From assembly GCF_009914755.1 (NCBI RefSeq), contig NC_060946.1: a stretch of DNA of 64,000 bases; one strand, written 5' to 3'. Both the position numbers and the translations under genes were made by a program. The DNA comes from the human T2T-CHM13v2.0 reference genome, Homo sapiens. Position 1 is the first letter of the stretch, and every line of letters begins with the position of its first letter. The notes beneath the pieces are model-generated. The model was not told the DNA's origin and did no database searches. It saw nothing but the letters and a program-made list of their open reading frames with translations. Shown here one piece after another: positions 17,334 to 32,207 of the stretch.

Positions 17334-18782
17334 TATTTTCACTTAATTTACTCTGAATCCATGCCACTTTTGCATTTGAGGCTAATGTTTGTATTGAAGG
17401 AAAGGATAGCAAGTCAATTTACAATTGGATTTTTTCAATGTATAGAGTTACATGTTTACTAAAAGGAGGAGACCTTAATTCTTTTTAAAAAGCCCATAGC
17501 AAGCAAGATAATTAACAATTTTTATATGAACAAATGTCTTACAATATTTTAAGCATCTAGAGAACACTGATACCATCTTCACTTATTGACAATGGCATAT
17601 TATCAATTCACTTTTCCAAAGAGATAGAAGTTACTTCTTTTGACTTAGATCTGACTTTGTAAACTGTCAAATGAAGTAGCTGAGTATAACTCACCACCTA
17701 CAACTTTGATATTTAGCCTCCTCTCTTCATTTGCTTTGTATTATATGTACTGCAGCCCTTACTTTAATATTTCTATATCTTACACATTTTTCTCTCTTAA
17801 AAATGTGCTTTCATTTAGATGAGAAATACAATTTTAAGGGAGAAGTTGACTCATGCCTAGTTCTGTATTTTTTTTAATTGCTGATATGTCCTGAGGAAAT
17901 TAATTTTGCCCCACTGGGTATGATGCTGTCCCTCTGGAGAGATTCCTGTGAGTTATGACCACTGGGGATTTTATAGGTGTCCACATTAAGCCTTTCACTG
18001 AGAGCAGAGATTAACTTGCAGTTGCCTCTCTGACACAAATATATCTAAGAAATCAACATAATCTTTCAAAACCCTCCCAGCTAATACTAGTTTGTAGCCA
18101 CTATTAATACAGTGGTTCTAAGTTTGTTCCAGGGTCTCAAAGCCTTAAATCATTTCATGAAAGCCTACTGCAAATGTCAACATATAATGCTTACAAGGAC
18201 ATAACTGGGTGTTTCACACTATTATTTCAGTTTTAACCCACTTGATCCATCAAGTTATCTGTCATAGAACAAATGAAAGGCCCCTTTAGGGAAGTCTCAG
18301 AATAAAAAATAGGCCTAGTTATGTTCATTGGGAGAGAAGTAAATAAAGCATGGGTTTACATTCTCTGTCTACAAGAAATTGTCATTGTAGCTGTTATTTG
18401 TTTCAAAATCTGTGTACAGTTCTGACCCACCAACTGACAATGGCTTCCTGACTCTAACACTCAGGTGTGTTATTGTAAATTCCCTGAGTCTTCTTTATAG
18501 CAAGAGAAAAAATCAGGACATTCTGAAAGTAATACACTGTGGATATTTACATGGCCAGAGTATAATTTTCTCTGCTTAATAATAAAACTTAATAATGAGC
18601 TTAATAATAAAACTCACATACAAATACAAAATAAACCTCTGTCAAAATTTATTTCACTTATTCCTGAGGAAATCAGTAGGTGGGGAAGCTGGTTCCAAGA
18701 ACAAGTAAAAAAAAAATTACAGATTTTTTCCCCCAAAAACAAGAAATGTTAGAATAAGACAACTATGTTAGAAGCAAAACTG

Positions 18783-19078
18783 GGCCGGGAGTGCTGGCTC
18801 ACACCTGTAATCCCAGCACTTTGGGAGGCCGAGGCGGGCGGATCACGAGGTCAGGAAATCGAGACCATCCTGACTAACACGGTGAAATCCGGTCTCTACT
18901 AATAATACAAAACCAAAATCAGCCGGGCGTGGTGGCCTGTAGTCCCAGCTACTCAGGATACTGAGATAGGAGAATGGCGTGAACCCAGGAGGTGTAGCTT
19001 GCAGTGATCCCAGATTGTGCCACTGCACTTCAGCCTGGGCGACAGAGCGAAACTCCGTCTAAAAAAAAAAAAAAAAAG
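18783..19078 (+). mobile_element. AluY
   Basis: GAATGGCGTGAACC, GCTTGCAGTGA and poly(A). Confidence 0.9.
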
Positions 19079-19079
19079 A

Positions 19080-20680
<1,601 letters not shown>

Positions 20681-21202
20681 AAAACATATGTATTCCCAAT
20701 TGCACTGTATTTTTGGTTATTAAGCATAAAATTTAAACTTTATAAAGCTTATTAGAAAAAGGGAATTGGAAATGTGATATAATGCAGTAATTCACAAAAA
20801 TGTATACAGTAAATGCACTCAAGAGCAGTTTTTCTGATGCTTGATGAACTCCTATCAGTTGTGAATTAAAACTGATTAATATCCTTCATGGAAACAGATC
20901 CATAAGGTCTGGCATTGTCTTTTTCTACTAGAGAGAAACCTAGAAGTTATCACATAATTGCATAGCATCTAGAATCAAATCAACTAATACATAGCCAAGT
21001 CAAAAGAAAATGAAGTAATCTTTGGGTTGGCCTTTTAGTTGATAGCTTTTAATAATGAAATATTACACTAAAAATACATGTGTTATGTCAGAGTTTTAGA
21101 TACTTTTCCTTAGCAGTCCCCTATTACAAATATGTCCTCTGTTAGTGCTAATCCATAACTAACTCAATTCCTTATTTTCATGTCAATAATCTCCAAGTGT
21201 TA

Positions 21203-21496
21203 TTCTTTTTTTCTTTTGAGACAGAGTCTGGCTCTGACTCTCAGGCTGGAGTGCAGTGGTACGATCTCGGCTCACTACAGGCTCCGCCTCTGGGTTCACG
21301 CCATTATCCTGCCTCAGCCTCCAGAGTAGCTGGGACTACAGGTGCCCGCCACCATCCCCAGCTAATTTTTTGTATTTTTAGTAGAGACGGGGTTTCACCA
21401 TGTTGGGCAGGATGGTCTCGATCTCCTGACCGCGTGATCCGCCCGCCAAAGCCTCCCAAAATGCTGGGATTACAGGCGTGACCCACTGGCTTGGCC
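21203..21496 (-). mobile_element. AluY-like
   Basis: Reverse dimer; flanking repeat TCCAAGTGTTATTCTT. Confidence 0.9.
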
Positions 21497-21839
21497 TCCA
21501 AGTGTTATTCTTAATCAAAAAAAGAAAAAGTTTATCTGACTATATTTGACCCTGATTATTTATGTAGCTTCAGAAAGAGGAGTTAAACACATAGGTGAAG
21601 TCTTCCCTCCACCAGGTTATAAAATGTAAGATTCATGGCCTTCTGAAAACACTCCCTTACCAATGTGAGGCTGGAACCATAGAACAGGTGGAGGATTTAG
21701 TAGGTGTTGGCTCAACATTTAAAGTACAATCTTGTTTCTTAATAGGTGTTTTCATACCTTATAAACACAGGTATGGCCTTGGATGTCCAATTAAATCCCA
21801 GGAAAAAAGGACAGATTCTTGATGAAGCTATGCAAATAA

Positions 21840-22167
21840 TGAGACAGCAAGTAAAAACGGGTCCCCGGCAGAACCTTCGACCAGCTTGCACACTGGCAGG
21901 AGTGCACACTGAGGTGGAGCCTCGGGAAGTTTGCAGCAGGGAGGAGCCTGGCCTCTTCTGTTCCAGGGCGGAGGCTGGGATTCAATCTATGAGGCAGGAA
22001 GCTGGGTAGCAGGACTCACTTTACTGACAGTCTCTGTTTCCCCTTTTTTCCCTTTCGCCAATAAATTCCATTTTTCTCACCCTTCAAAGCGTCTGTGAGC
22101 CTAATATTTCATGGCTGTGTGACAAGAATACAGCTTTTAGCTGAACTAAGGAGAAAGTCCTACAATA
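21840..22167 (+). mobile_element. Solo MER61A-type LTR (ERV1)
   Basis: TGAGACAGC...GCTGAACTAAGGAGAAAGTCCTACAATA; internal AATAAA; 4-bp ATAA target duplication at 21836-39 and 22168-71. Confidence 0.85.
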
Positions 22168-22685
22168 ATAATATGTTGTCCTACAAGCATGCAGAGTAAG
22201 TACAAATATATTGTTCTGAATTCTCAGAGAAAAATAGAAACGAGACAGCGTTTGAATGATGTATTTCACTTACAAGGTGTAGTATATAAAATTGAGGATC
22301 AGAAATAGAAAAAGAAACTGTGTAATTCATACTCCTTCTACTGGATGTTGAGTCAGTTTTTTGCTTTGATAAAATTATCTACCAATGAGGCAAAGAGATA
22401 AATCCTTAAAACAATGAGATTTAAAAGTAAGTTGTTATGCTCAGTACTTTATAGGAGAACATTCAAGTAAGTGTCAGAGGAAAACAAAAACCAACTAGAG
22501 ATGCAACTAAATGGCTGTTTAATTTATATAGTAAACAATAATATGAAAATGGAGAAGAATGAACTTCTGCATTAGGTTCAATACTATCTCATAAAGACTT
22601 GACCAATGTTTCACCTGGGGGCATATACCTCTCCAATTTCCTATTACAGTCTCTAATCTATGAGTTAAATGTCTACAGTTCCTAA

Positions 22686-22992
<307 letters not shown>

Positions 22993-23459
22993 CCATTCAT
23001 CTTAATATGTAAGATTACATAAAATGAACTGAGAAGGCTGAGCCCTTTAGAATTGACCTCATGCAACTCACGCAGATGTGTGGAACTAATGAAGAAATAT
23101 GGGGTACACCAAAGAAGTCCAATTTATTTTAGCCTCACTCATTTTATAAGGCAAAAATTGTCACAGTTTTTCTAGAGGTCACCTAGGAAATCTAAAATAT
23201 ACTTATTTTTCCCTAAAAATCAGAAAACATTTACTTTTTGTAATTTAACATATAATTTCAGATGGACAAAAATTAAGTGTTATCAGAGGAGATTTGGTCA
23301 CTATGATAAAGATAGGAATACAGGTGCAGAGAAGAAAATGGTGGCAATAATCCCAATAACAATACAATATTCTAAAATAAGCATAGAAAAAGATATCATA
23401 ATTGTTAGAAAATGTATCCCTTTCATAATTAATTATGCTGTACAAATGTTTTTTCTTAT

Positions 23460-23990
23460 TTTTCTTTCTAGCTTCATTGAAGTATGATTGATAAATAAAA
23501 ATTTTACATATTTAAGTTATATAATATGATGTGATGTGTGTATACATTGTGAAATAATAGCCACAGTCAATTAACATTTTCATCAACTTACAAAGTTACA
23601 CTTTCTCTGTGTGTGTCTATGTGTGCTTGTATGGAAATACGTAAGACCTACCCTGTTAGCAAAATTCAAGTATACAATACTTTCTTATCAGCTGTAGCTA
23701 CTATGCTATATGTGTTAGATATCCAGAATTTATTCACCTTTTAACTAAAAGCATCTCCCCATTTTTCCTACCTTCTAATCCCTAACATCTAATGAGTTTA
23801 AATTTTTTAGATTTCACAGATAAGTGAGATTATGCAGTATATTTGTCTTTCTGTGTCTCGCTTATTTTACTTAGCATTAAGTTCTCTCAGTCCATCAATG
23901 TTATCACAGATTTTAGGATTTCCTTCTTTTCTCAGGATGAATAATATTCGATTGTATGTATATGCCACATTTTCTTTATCCACTAGTCTG
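23460..23990 (-). mobile_element. L1MA-type 3' end
   Basis: AAGTGAGATTATGCAGTAT...GCCACATTTTCTTTATCCA is the reverse of an L1 3'UTR. Confidence 0.75.
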
Positions 23991-24739
23991 TAATAAAGGC
24001 TATTATTCAAAATACACAAGAAACACTTCAAATTTCACAAGAAAGTAAACAATTCAGTTAAAAATGGGGAAACAATATAAATGGAGGAGCCACCAAAGGA
24101 AATATAAAAATGGCAAAAAAGTATTTGAAAATATATTCAACAGCATATGACTTTAGGGGGATAAAGCAATTCTATATATTGAAATTTCCTTTAACAAAGA
24201 AAGCAAATAGAAAACTTTCTCAGAAAAACAAAATTTAAGTGATTGTCAGCTGACCTGTCTTGCAAGAAATACTAAAGGAAGTTCTTCAAGGGGAGAGAAA
24301 ATGATGCAAATGAGAAATTCAGATCCACAATAAAGAAATACATGAAAAAGAATAAATTAAAGTTAAAAACTTTTTTTATTCTTATTGATCCATAAGATAA
24401 CTGTTCAGTAACAAAAAATGGGTAATTATAGAATGTGGATAGATGAAATGAACAATAGCAATGTCATAAGGTACAGGAGGTACAATCTAGTAGTATTTTT
24501 ATGAGATACCTACACTACATGTGAAGTAACAATTTTATTTGAAGATAGACCTAAACTGTATATAATCAATTCTAATTAATTTAAAGATAGACTTAAAATG
24601 CATATAATCAATTCTAAAAAAACCACCACAAGTTTTTAAAAGAAGTGATGAGATCACATCTCATGAGGTGATGAGATACACCAAGAGCTGAGACAAAAAT
24701 GCAATCATAGAAGATGCTCAATTAAAATAAGAGGAGGCA

Positions 24740-25030
24740 GGCCAGGCACAGTGGCTCATGCCAGTAATCCCAGCACTTTGGGATGACAAGGTGGGTGGAC
24801 CACCTGAGGCCAGCCTGACCAACATGATGAAACACCGTCTCTATTAAAAATATCAAAGTTAGCTGGGTGTTGTGGCACACATCTGTAATCCCAGCTACTC
24901 TGGGCTGAGGTGGGAGGATCACTTTAACCTGGGATGTGGAGGTTGCAGTGTGCCAAGACCACCACTGCACTCCAGCCTGGGTGACAGAGTGAGGCTCTAT
25001 CTCAAAATAAAATAAAATGAAATAAAAATA
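24740..25030 (+). mobile_element. Alu with small deletion
   Basis: Alu dimer with AATAA-type tail. Confidence 0.88.
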
Positions 25031-26537
25031 AATGAATATAATTAATGTTTATATTCTACTTCAACAAAAGTAGAATACACATTCTTCTCTAGTTTGTACA
25101 AGACAGACTGCATTATGGGCCATAAACGTCTTAAAATTTTTCAAAGAATAAAGTTCATACAAAGTACACACTCAGACCACAATAAAAATTAAAGTAGAAA
25201 TAAATAACAGGAAGAACTGAAAAATTTTTCAAATATTTGAAGACTTAACAAAACATCTAAGTGCATCCCAAAAGAAGACTAAAGAGTAATTAAAATATTT
25301 GGAATTAAATGGAAATGGAATCACAACTTACTAAAATATATGAGATACAGTAGAACTAGTACCTAAATTTATAGCATTAAATATATATTATTATGAAAAA
25401 AGAGATAAAATCAATAACTTAAGCTTCTGCCTTAAGAAACTAGAAAAAGAAAATCCAAAGTAAGTAACAAGGGAAAAAATATATAAAGTATAGCAGATAT
25501 CAGTAAAATAGAAAACAGGAAAACAATAGAGAAAATCAATGAAATAGAAAGCTGTTTCTTTGAAAAGATCCATAAACTTGCTAACATTTAGACAAAGTAA
25601 CAAAGAAAAAAAGAGAGAATGCACAACTTACAAATATTGGAAGTGAAAGAGGGGTATGGGTTATGACTACTGATTTTGTGGACATTAAAAGGATAATATA
25701 TTTACTATATTAAAAACTCTATACTCACAAGTTCAATAACCTATATAAAATGGACAAATACCTTGAAAGACACAATATGCCAATACTCACAAAAGAAAAA
25801 ATAGATAACATGAGTACTTTTATATCTATAAAAGGAATTAAATAAATAGTTAATAACCCCCCCCCCAACAATGGTTCCAGGCCCAAATGGCTTTAGTGGT
25901 GAATTCTATCAAGCATTTAAAGGAGAAATTATACCCATTTTCCACAGACTTTTCAAGAAAATGGAATTAGAGATAACACTTCCTAACTTATTCTATGAGG
26001 TAAATATTACCCTTACTAAATCCTATAGACATAACATGAAATAAAATCAATATATCAATATCTCTCATAAACAAAGATCCAATAATCCTTCACAAAATAC
26101 TAGACAATTGAATCTAACTATGTATTTATTCTAGGTAAGACTGTATGCAAGACTGATTCAATATTAGAAAATTATCTGCAGAATTTCCTAAATCTGCAGG
26201 AAGAAAAATCATGTGACTGTATCAACTGATGTAGAAAAAGCTTATGGCAAAATCTATCACCCATCTATAATTTGAGAAACTCTCAGAAAACTAGGAATTG
26301 AGGTGAATTTTCTTAACTTGACAAAGAACATCTACAAAACCCCTAAAACTATCATACTTAATGATGAGAAGTGGGATGCTTTTTCCCAAAAACCAGGAGC
26401 AAGAAGAATTTTTTTTGTTTTTTTTCTTTCACCACTTGCAAAATGAAACCACCACTTTGGAAGACAGATGGGCAATTTCTTATGCCCATAGTTGCTATAC
26501 TATATGTAAAAAAAAAAAAAAAAGGTCTTACATATAA

Positions 26538-26876
<339 letters not shown>

Positions 26877-27120
26877 GCAAATGTGTTTTTAGGTGTTTAT
26901 CCACTTTATTTGAAAACTATGTCCACACCCAAACTGGCACATGAATATATATATAGCAGTTTGTTTATAATTCCTGAAACTGGAAGAAACCAAGAGGTCT
27001 CATAATTGATGACTGGAAAAAAAAAAAAAAAACCACTGTGATACGTCATATAAGGGAATATTACTTCCTAAAAAAGTAAATGATCTGGCAAAAGATTCAT
27101 TGAGGAGGTTTAATAGGTGA

Positions 27121-27520
<400 letters not shown>

Positions 27521-27743
27521 TGCATCTTTTAAAAAACAAAGAATCTCACAGCACAAAGAGTGTCACTTATATGTATGCAAATTTTAAAACAACAGCAACA
27601 ACAACAACAAAGTAGGTGTTCTGGGGATCCTGGGATGGAATGCAGAATGTGATAAAAAATCTAAAGTACTACAAATGTATAAAGCCACTTCACTCTAGGG
27701 AGTGGGAAAAACGTGCTGACATAAACATCTTAGAAAATGGATG

Positions 27744-28055
<312 letters not shown>

Positions 28056-28757
28056 AGAAAAGAAACAAAGAAAATGCATGAAGACTGAAAGGAAGAGAAA
28101 CTGCAAACAACTCATGTGATCTGGTTGGTATAGCTGTTTCCTAAAGGAAATGGGATAGCGATTCTGATATTGATAGAGAATAAATGTATATTGGAACTAG
28201 ACAGTTAAGCAAATGATGACAAATGACAGGAGCCTGCTTTCTCACTATTAAAGTGGGAGCTTACATGTAAGCAAGGGGAGAAGACCAGAATGATCATGTG
28301 ATAAAAGAATTGAGTCTTAGACATCAGTATGAACTAACACTTACACACATTACATTTAGAAATATTTATAGTTATGTCTATACACAGCTTTGTATATGCA
28401 CATTTATTTCTTTGCTTTGTAAGCTAAGACGGTCCAGAACCAATGATATCCCAGAAGAAATGAGCATATCTAACACTCAAGTCTTCAATTCTTGGGTTTT
28501 TGTTCATGACCCGGGATCCAGCAGTTGGGGCCTGGGGCTGGGCATTGTGTAGCCTCTGGGGTGGTGCTGAGCATCCATTTCCACTCTCCTGCAGCTGGGG
28601 ACCCATCCCTTGACTTGGGCCCCCTGGAGGCAAGAACATGGTCACCCACTTTAATCACATGGTCCCTATCACATAACCAGAGGGCGCTGTGGGTTTTAAC
28701 TCTTCAAGCTTGATGTGTAAAGAATTCCACATAGATATGATATAGTGACTAGAAGTC

Positions 28758-29153
28758 TTTTATTTATTTATTTTGAGAGAGAGAGTCTCTGTTGCCCAGG
28801 CTTGGAGTGTAGCGGCACAAACAATCAAACAATAACCAAAATCCAGAAGACTGAAAAAGTCAAATGCTGTCAAGGATGTGGAGCAACAGGACCTCTCATT
28901 CCTTGTTTGTGGCACAATCAATTTACTGTACCCACGATCTCCCGGGTCCAAGTGATCCTCCCACAATCAATCTCCCAAGTAGCTGGGGCCACAGGCATGC
29001 ACCACCATGCCTGGCTGATTGGTTTTATTTTTATAGAGATGAAGTTTCCCTGTGTTGTCTAAGCTGGTCTCAAACTCCTGGGATCAAATGATCCTCCTAT
29101 CTCGGTCTCCCAAAGTGCTGTAAGTACAGGCATGAGGTCCTGCACCCAGCCTG
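28758..29153 (-). mobile_element. AluJ-like, interrupted by a ~90-bp L1-derived insert
   Basis: Reverse Alu with foreign sequence at ~28821-28910. Confidence 0.8.
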
Positions 29154-29529
29154 GAAGTCTTTATAGATAAGTTCAATTTAACTGTTTCTCCATCTGCTCT
29201 ACTCAGCCAAGTTTACCTCTCAGTCCAAGGGGGAGAACTGCAGCTCAGCCCCATCCAGGATGGCTGCAGATTACCCAGCGCCACCGCCATACTCCAGATG
29301 CTGGTCAACGAGGAAGGGATCCTGAGGCCTGGCAGCTGGCGCTCTCAGCAACCTTGAAGCCCTCTAAATTGGATCCGCCATCCGTGCCTGTCAGAACAGT
29401 AGCCACTACCTGCACTTGGCACACAGGCAAATATGGCGAAGCAACCCCAAACTCTCCTCTTCCCCTCTGGGCCCAGGCAGCTCTGAACCTGCCACTCAGC
29501 CCCATACTGGCGACTGCACAGTCCCCAGA

Positions 29530-30140
29530 GTCTGCAAACCAGCGCTCAGGGTGCGAGCCAAGGAAGAGCAGGGCCTAGAGTGGGGGGGCGTGTGCCACAC
29601 GGCGACCTTCAGGCCGTCGGGCCCAGCCCTGCAGCTTCTACCATGGGATCAGCTGCAGCTGGCATTTGAAGGTGGCAGCAGCGGTGGCAACACCAGAACC
29701 TGCCCACGCCACCAGCAGGCGAACCCCAGGGTCGGACACGGCCACTGCGCCTAAGTCAGGCAGTGGGACCTCAGTTGCAGGAGGGTGGGAACCTGCCGCA
29801 AAGCCTCATCGCTGCAGCTGTACAGGGCCCAGTGGTGGCGAGCCTGCGCTGCCAGCGCGAGCCGAGGAAGAGCAGAGCCCCGGGTGGAAGGGCGATGTAC
29901 TCGGCAATGCTCAGTGGTCTGGGCCCAGCCCTGTAGCCTCTACCATGGGCTCAGCTGCAGCTGCCACCTGAACATGGCACGTGGCAGCAGAGGCTGCAAC
30001 CCCGACCCTGCCAGCGCCACCAGCAGCGTGGATACTTGGGCCAGAAGCCTCCAGGGCGCCTAAGTCAGGGGTTGGGTCCTTGGCTGCAGGAGGGCGGGAA
30101 CCGATGCTCAGCGCCACCCCAGAGGCTGCAGGATGCCCAG
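29530..30140 (+). repeat. Diverged ~305-bp GC-rich tandem repeat (at least 2 copies)
   Basis: GCGAGCCRAGGAAGAGCAG at ~29553 and ~29857; GGGCCCAGCCCTGYAGC..CTACCATGGG twice; GCGCCTAAGTCAGG at ~29747 and ~30056. Confidence 0.85.
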
Positions 30141-30367
30141 CTCCAGGGCCCAGCTCCTGGATCTCAGGTTGAAGAGGGGCCAGGGGCGGCTCTGTCAAGC
30201 AGGCCGTGTGGCAGGGGGTCCCCCACTTTCCGCTCCAGGGAGCCCCGCCAGCCCGACAGCGCCTCAGTGGCAGGTGCCACCTGCAGGTGGTGCTGGGCGA
30301 AGCGCAGCCAGGGCAGTTTCCCGCCTGGCGTGTCTCCCCAGTCTGCTGAGTTGCGCATGTGCTGTTT

Positions 30368-30450
30368 CCTAAGGGTTCTGCTCAGCTGCCTAAAGGTTCT
30401 GCTCAGCTGCCTAACGGTTCTGCTCAGCTGCCTAATGGTTTTGCGCAGCC
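30368..30450 (+). repeat. 21-bp minisatellite, 4 units (CCTAANGGTTCTGCTCAGCTG)
   Basis: Units start at 30368, 30389, 30410 and 30431. Confidence 0.95.
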
Positions 30451-30616
30451 CTTTTCTCCCAGGAGAGGCTGGAGTGTCCAAAAGCTTGGCCCGACTGAGA
30501 TTTCTACTGGTGTCAGGGCGGGTGCGGGGACTGAAGAAGGGCGAGGGCGAGCGGCGGGGACTGGGGAAGGGCGAGTAGCGGGAGGTGCGGGCGCTCTCTA
30601 GCAGGTGGCTGCAGCC

Positions 30617-30834
30617 ATGGAGAGGCTCTCTGCCGCCGCTGTCAAGGGCCAGACGGGCCTGGAGTGCCCGAGCCCCTTCAGTCAGCTGGTCTACACCAAC
30701 AATGACTCTTACGTGATTCACCACGGGGATCTCAGGAAGATCCACAAAGCTGCCTCCCGGGGCCAAGCCTGGAAGCTGGAGAGGATGATGAAGAAAACGA
30801 CAATGGACCTGAACATAAGAGATGCGAAGAAGAG
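30617..30834 (+). pseudogene. ANKRD30B-like exon 1 coding part (MERLSAAAVKGQTG...KIHKAASRG...DAKKR)
   Basis: Kozak ATG at 30617; donor AG|GTACCA; open frame. Confidence 0.92.
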
Positions 30835-31587
30835 GTACCAGACAGTGCCTGAGCCGGGGCTGCAGGAGGAGGAGGCGGCTGTGGGAGGATCGCCCCTTCA
30901 GAGTGGGGGCTAGGGGTCCTAGGGACGAGGGGAGCAGGTGGAGGAGTGGTGGGCAGCGGGGTGGCCGTCCCGGGCCCCGAGGTCTTGGCCTTGTTCCCGA
31001 GCAGGCCCTCCAGGCCTTGACAGGGCGGAGGGCCCAGGCCACCTTAAAATCAACCCCAAACTTTAGTTAGCTGCTTTCTCCTTCACTCCCATTTCCTCTC
31101 ACAGAGCACTGTGTAGAGAATTTTAAAGTGATTTAACTTACAAAATTAAGTACATACAGGGTTTTACTTTTAATGTACAGGTTTTAGAAGATAATGTTAG
31201 ATACATTATGAAATGGTGCGTAATGAAATAATTCCCATAATACATTAGCTTCTTGGCTAAAAGTTTTTTGGATAAAGTCCAGTATCCATTTCAATATCAA
31301 TGAATGCCTATGTAAATATGTTCTTTGCTGAGGGACCTTAGAAGGTAACTTTGAGGTGGGAAGATGGTTTGTGTTTTCGAATTTAAGAAGACTCATTTTT
31401 CTCAAGATGCAAGCTCTTTATCAGTTTTACATAAACCAAATAAAGTTATCAACGTTTTAACATTTTTAAAATTACACACACTGTCTTTTACTATTGTGAT
31501 GACATTTAAAAAATTTTGTAACAGAGTAGAAAAGTCTTGCCCTTCTAGATTTCAAACTGTGCTATTAATTTGCACAAAATGCGCCAC

Positions 31588-32207
<620 letters not shown>

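Larger units (their letters stand above)
29230..31050 (+). promoter_or_regulatory. CpG island / promoter region of the ANKRD30B-like locus
   Basis: Abrupt GC- and CpG-rich block around exon 1; NRF1-like TGCGCATGTGC at 30352-62; GC boxes; Kozak GCAGCCATGG at 30611-20. Confidence 0.8.

Noticed and set aside
30368-30450. CRISPR-like appearance of the 21-bp repeats
   Set aside because: Head-to-tail units with no spacers and no cas genes, in a primate context
30900-30965. G-quadruplex-like G runs in intron 1
   Set aside because: Common at CpG-island first introns; nothing distinctive
30164-31042. 292-aa minus-strand ORF and other long ORFs in 29.3-31.1 kb
   Set aside because: Explained by stop-poor GC-rich CpG-island sequence antisense to exon 1; non-ATG start; the RQLSRT repeat is just the 21-bp minisatellite
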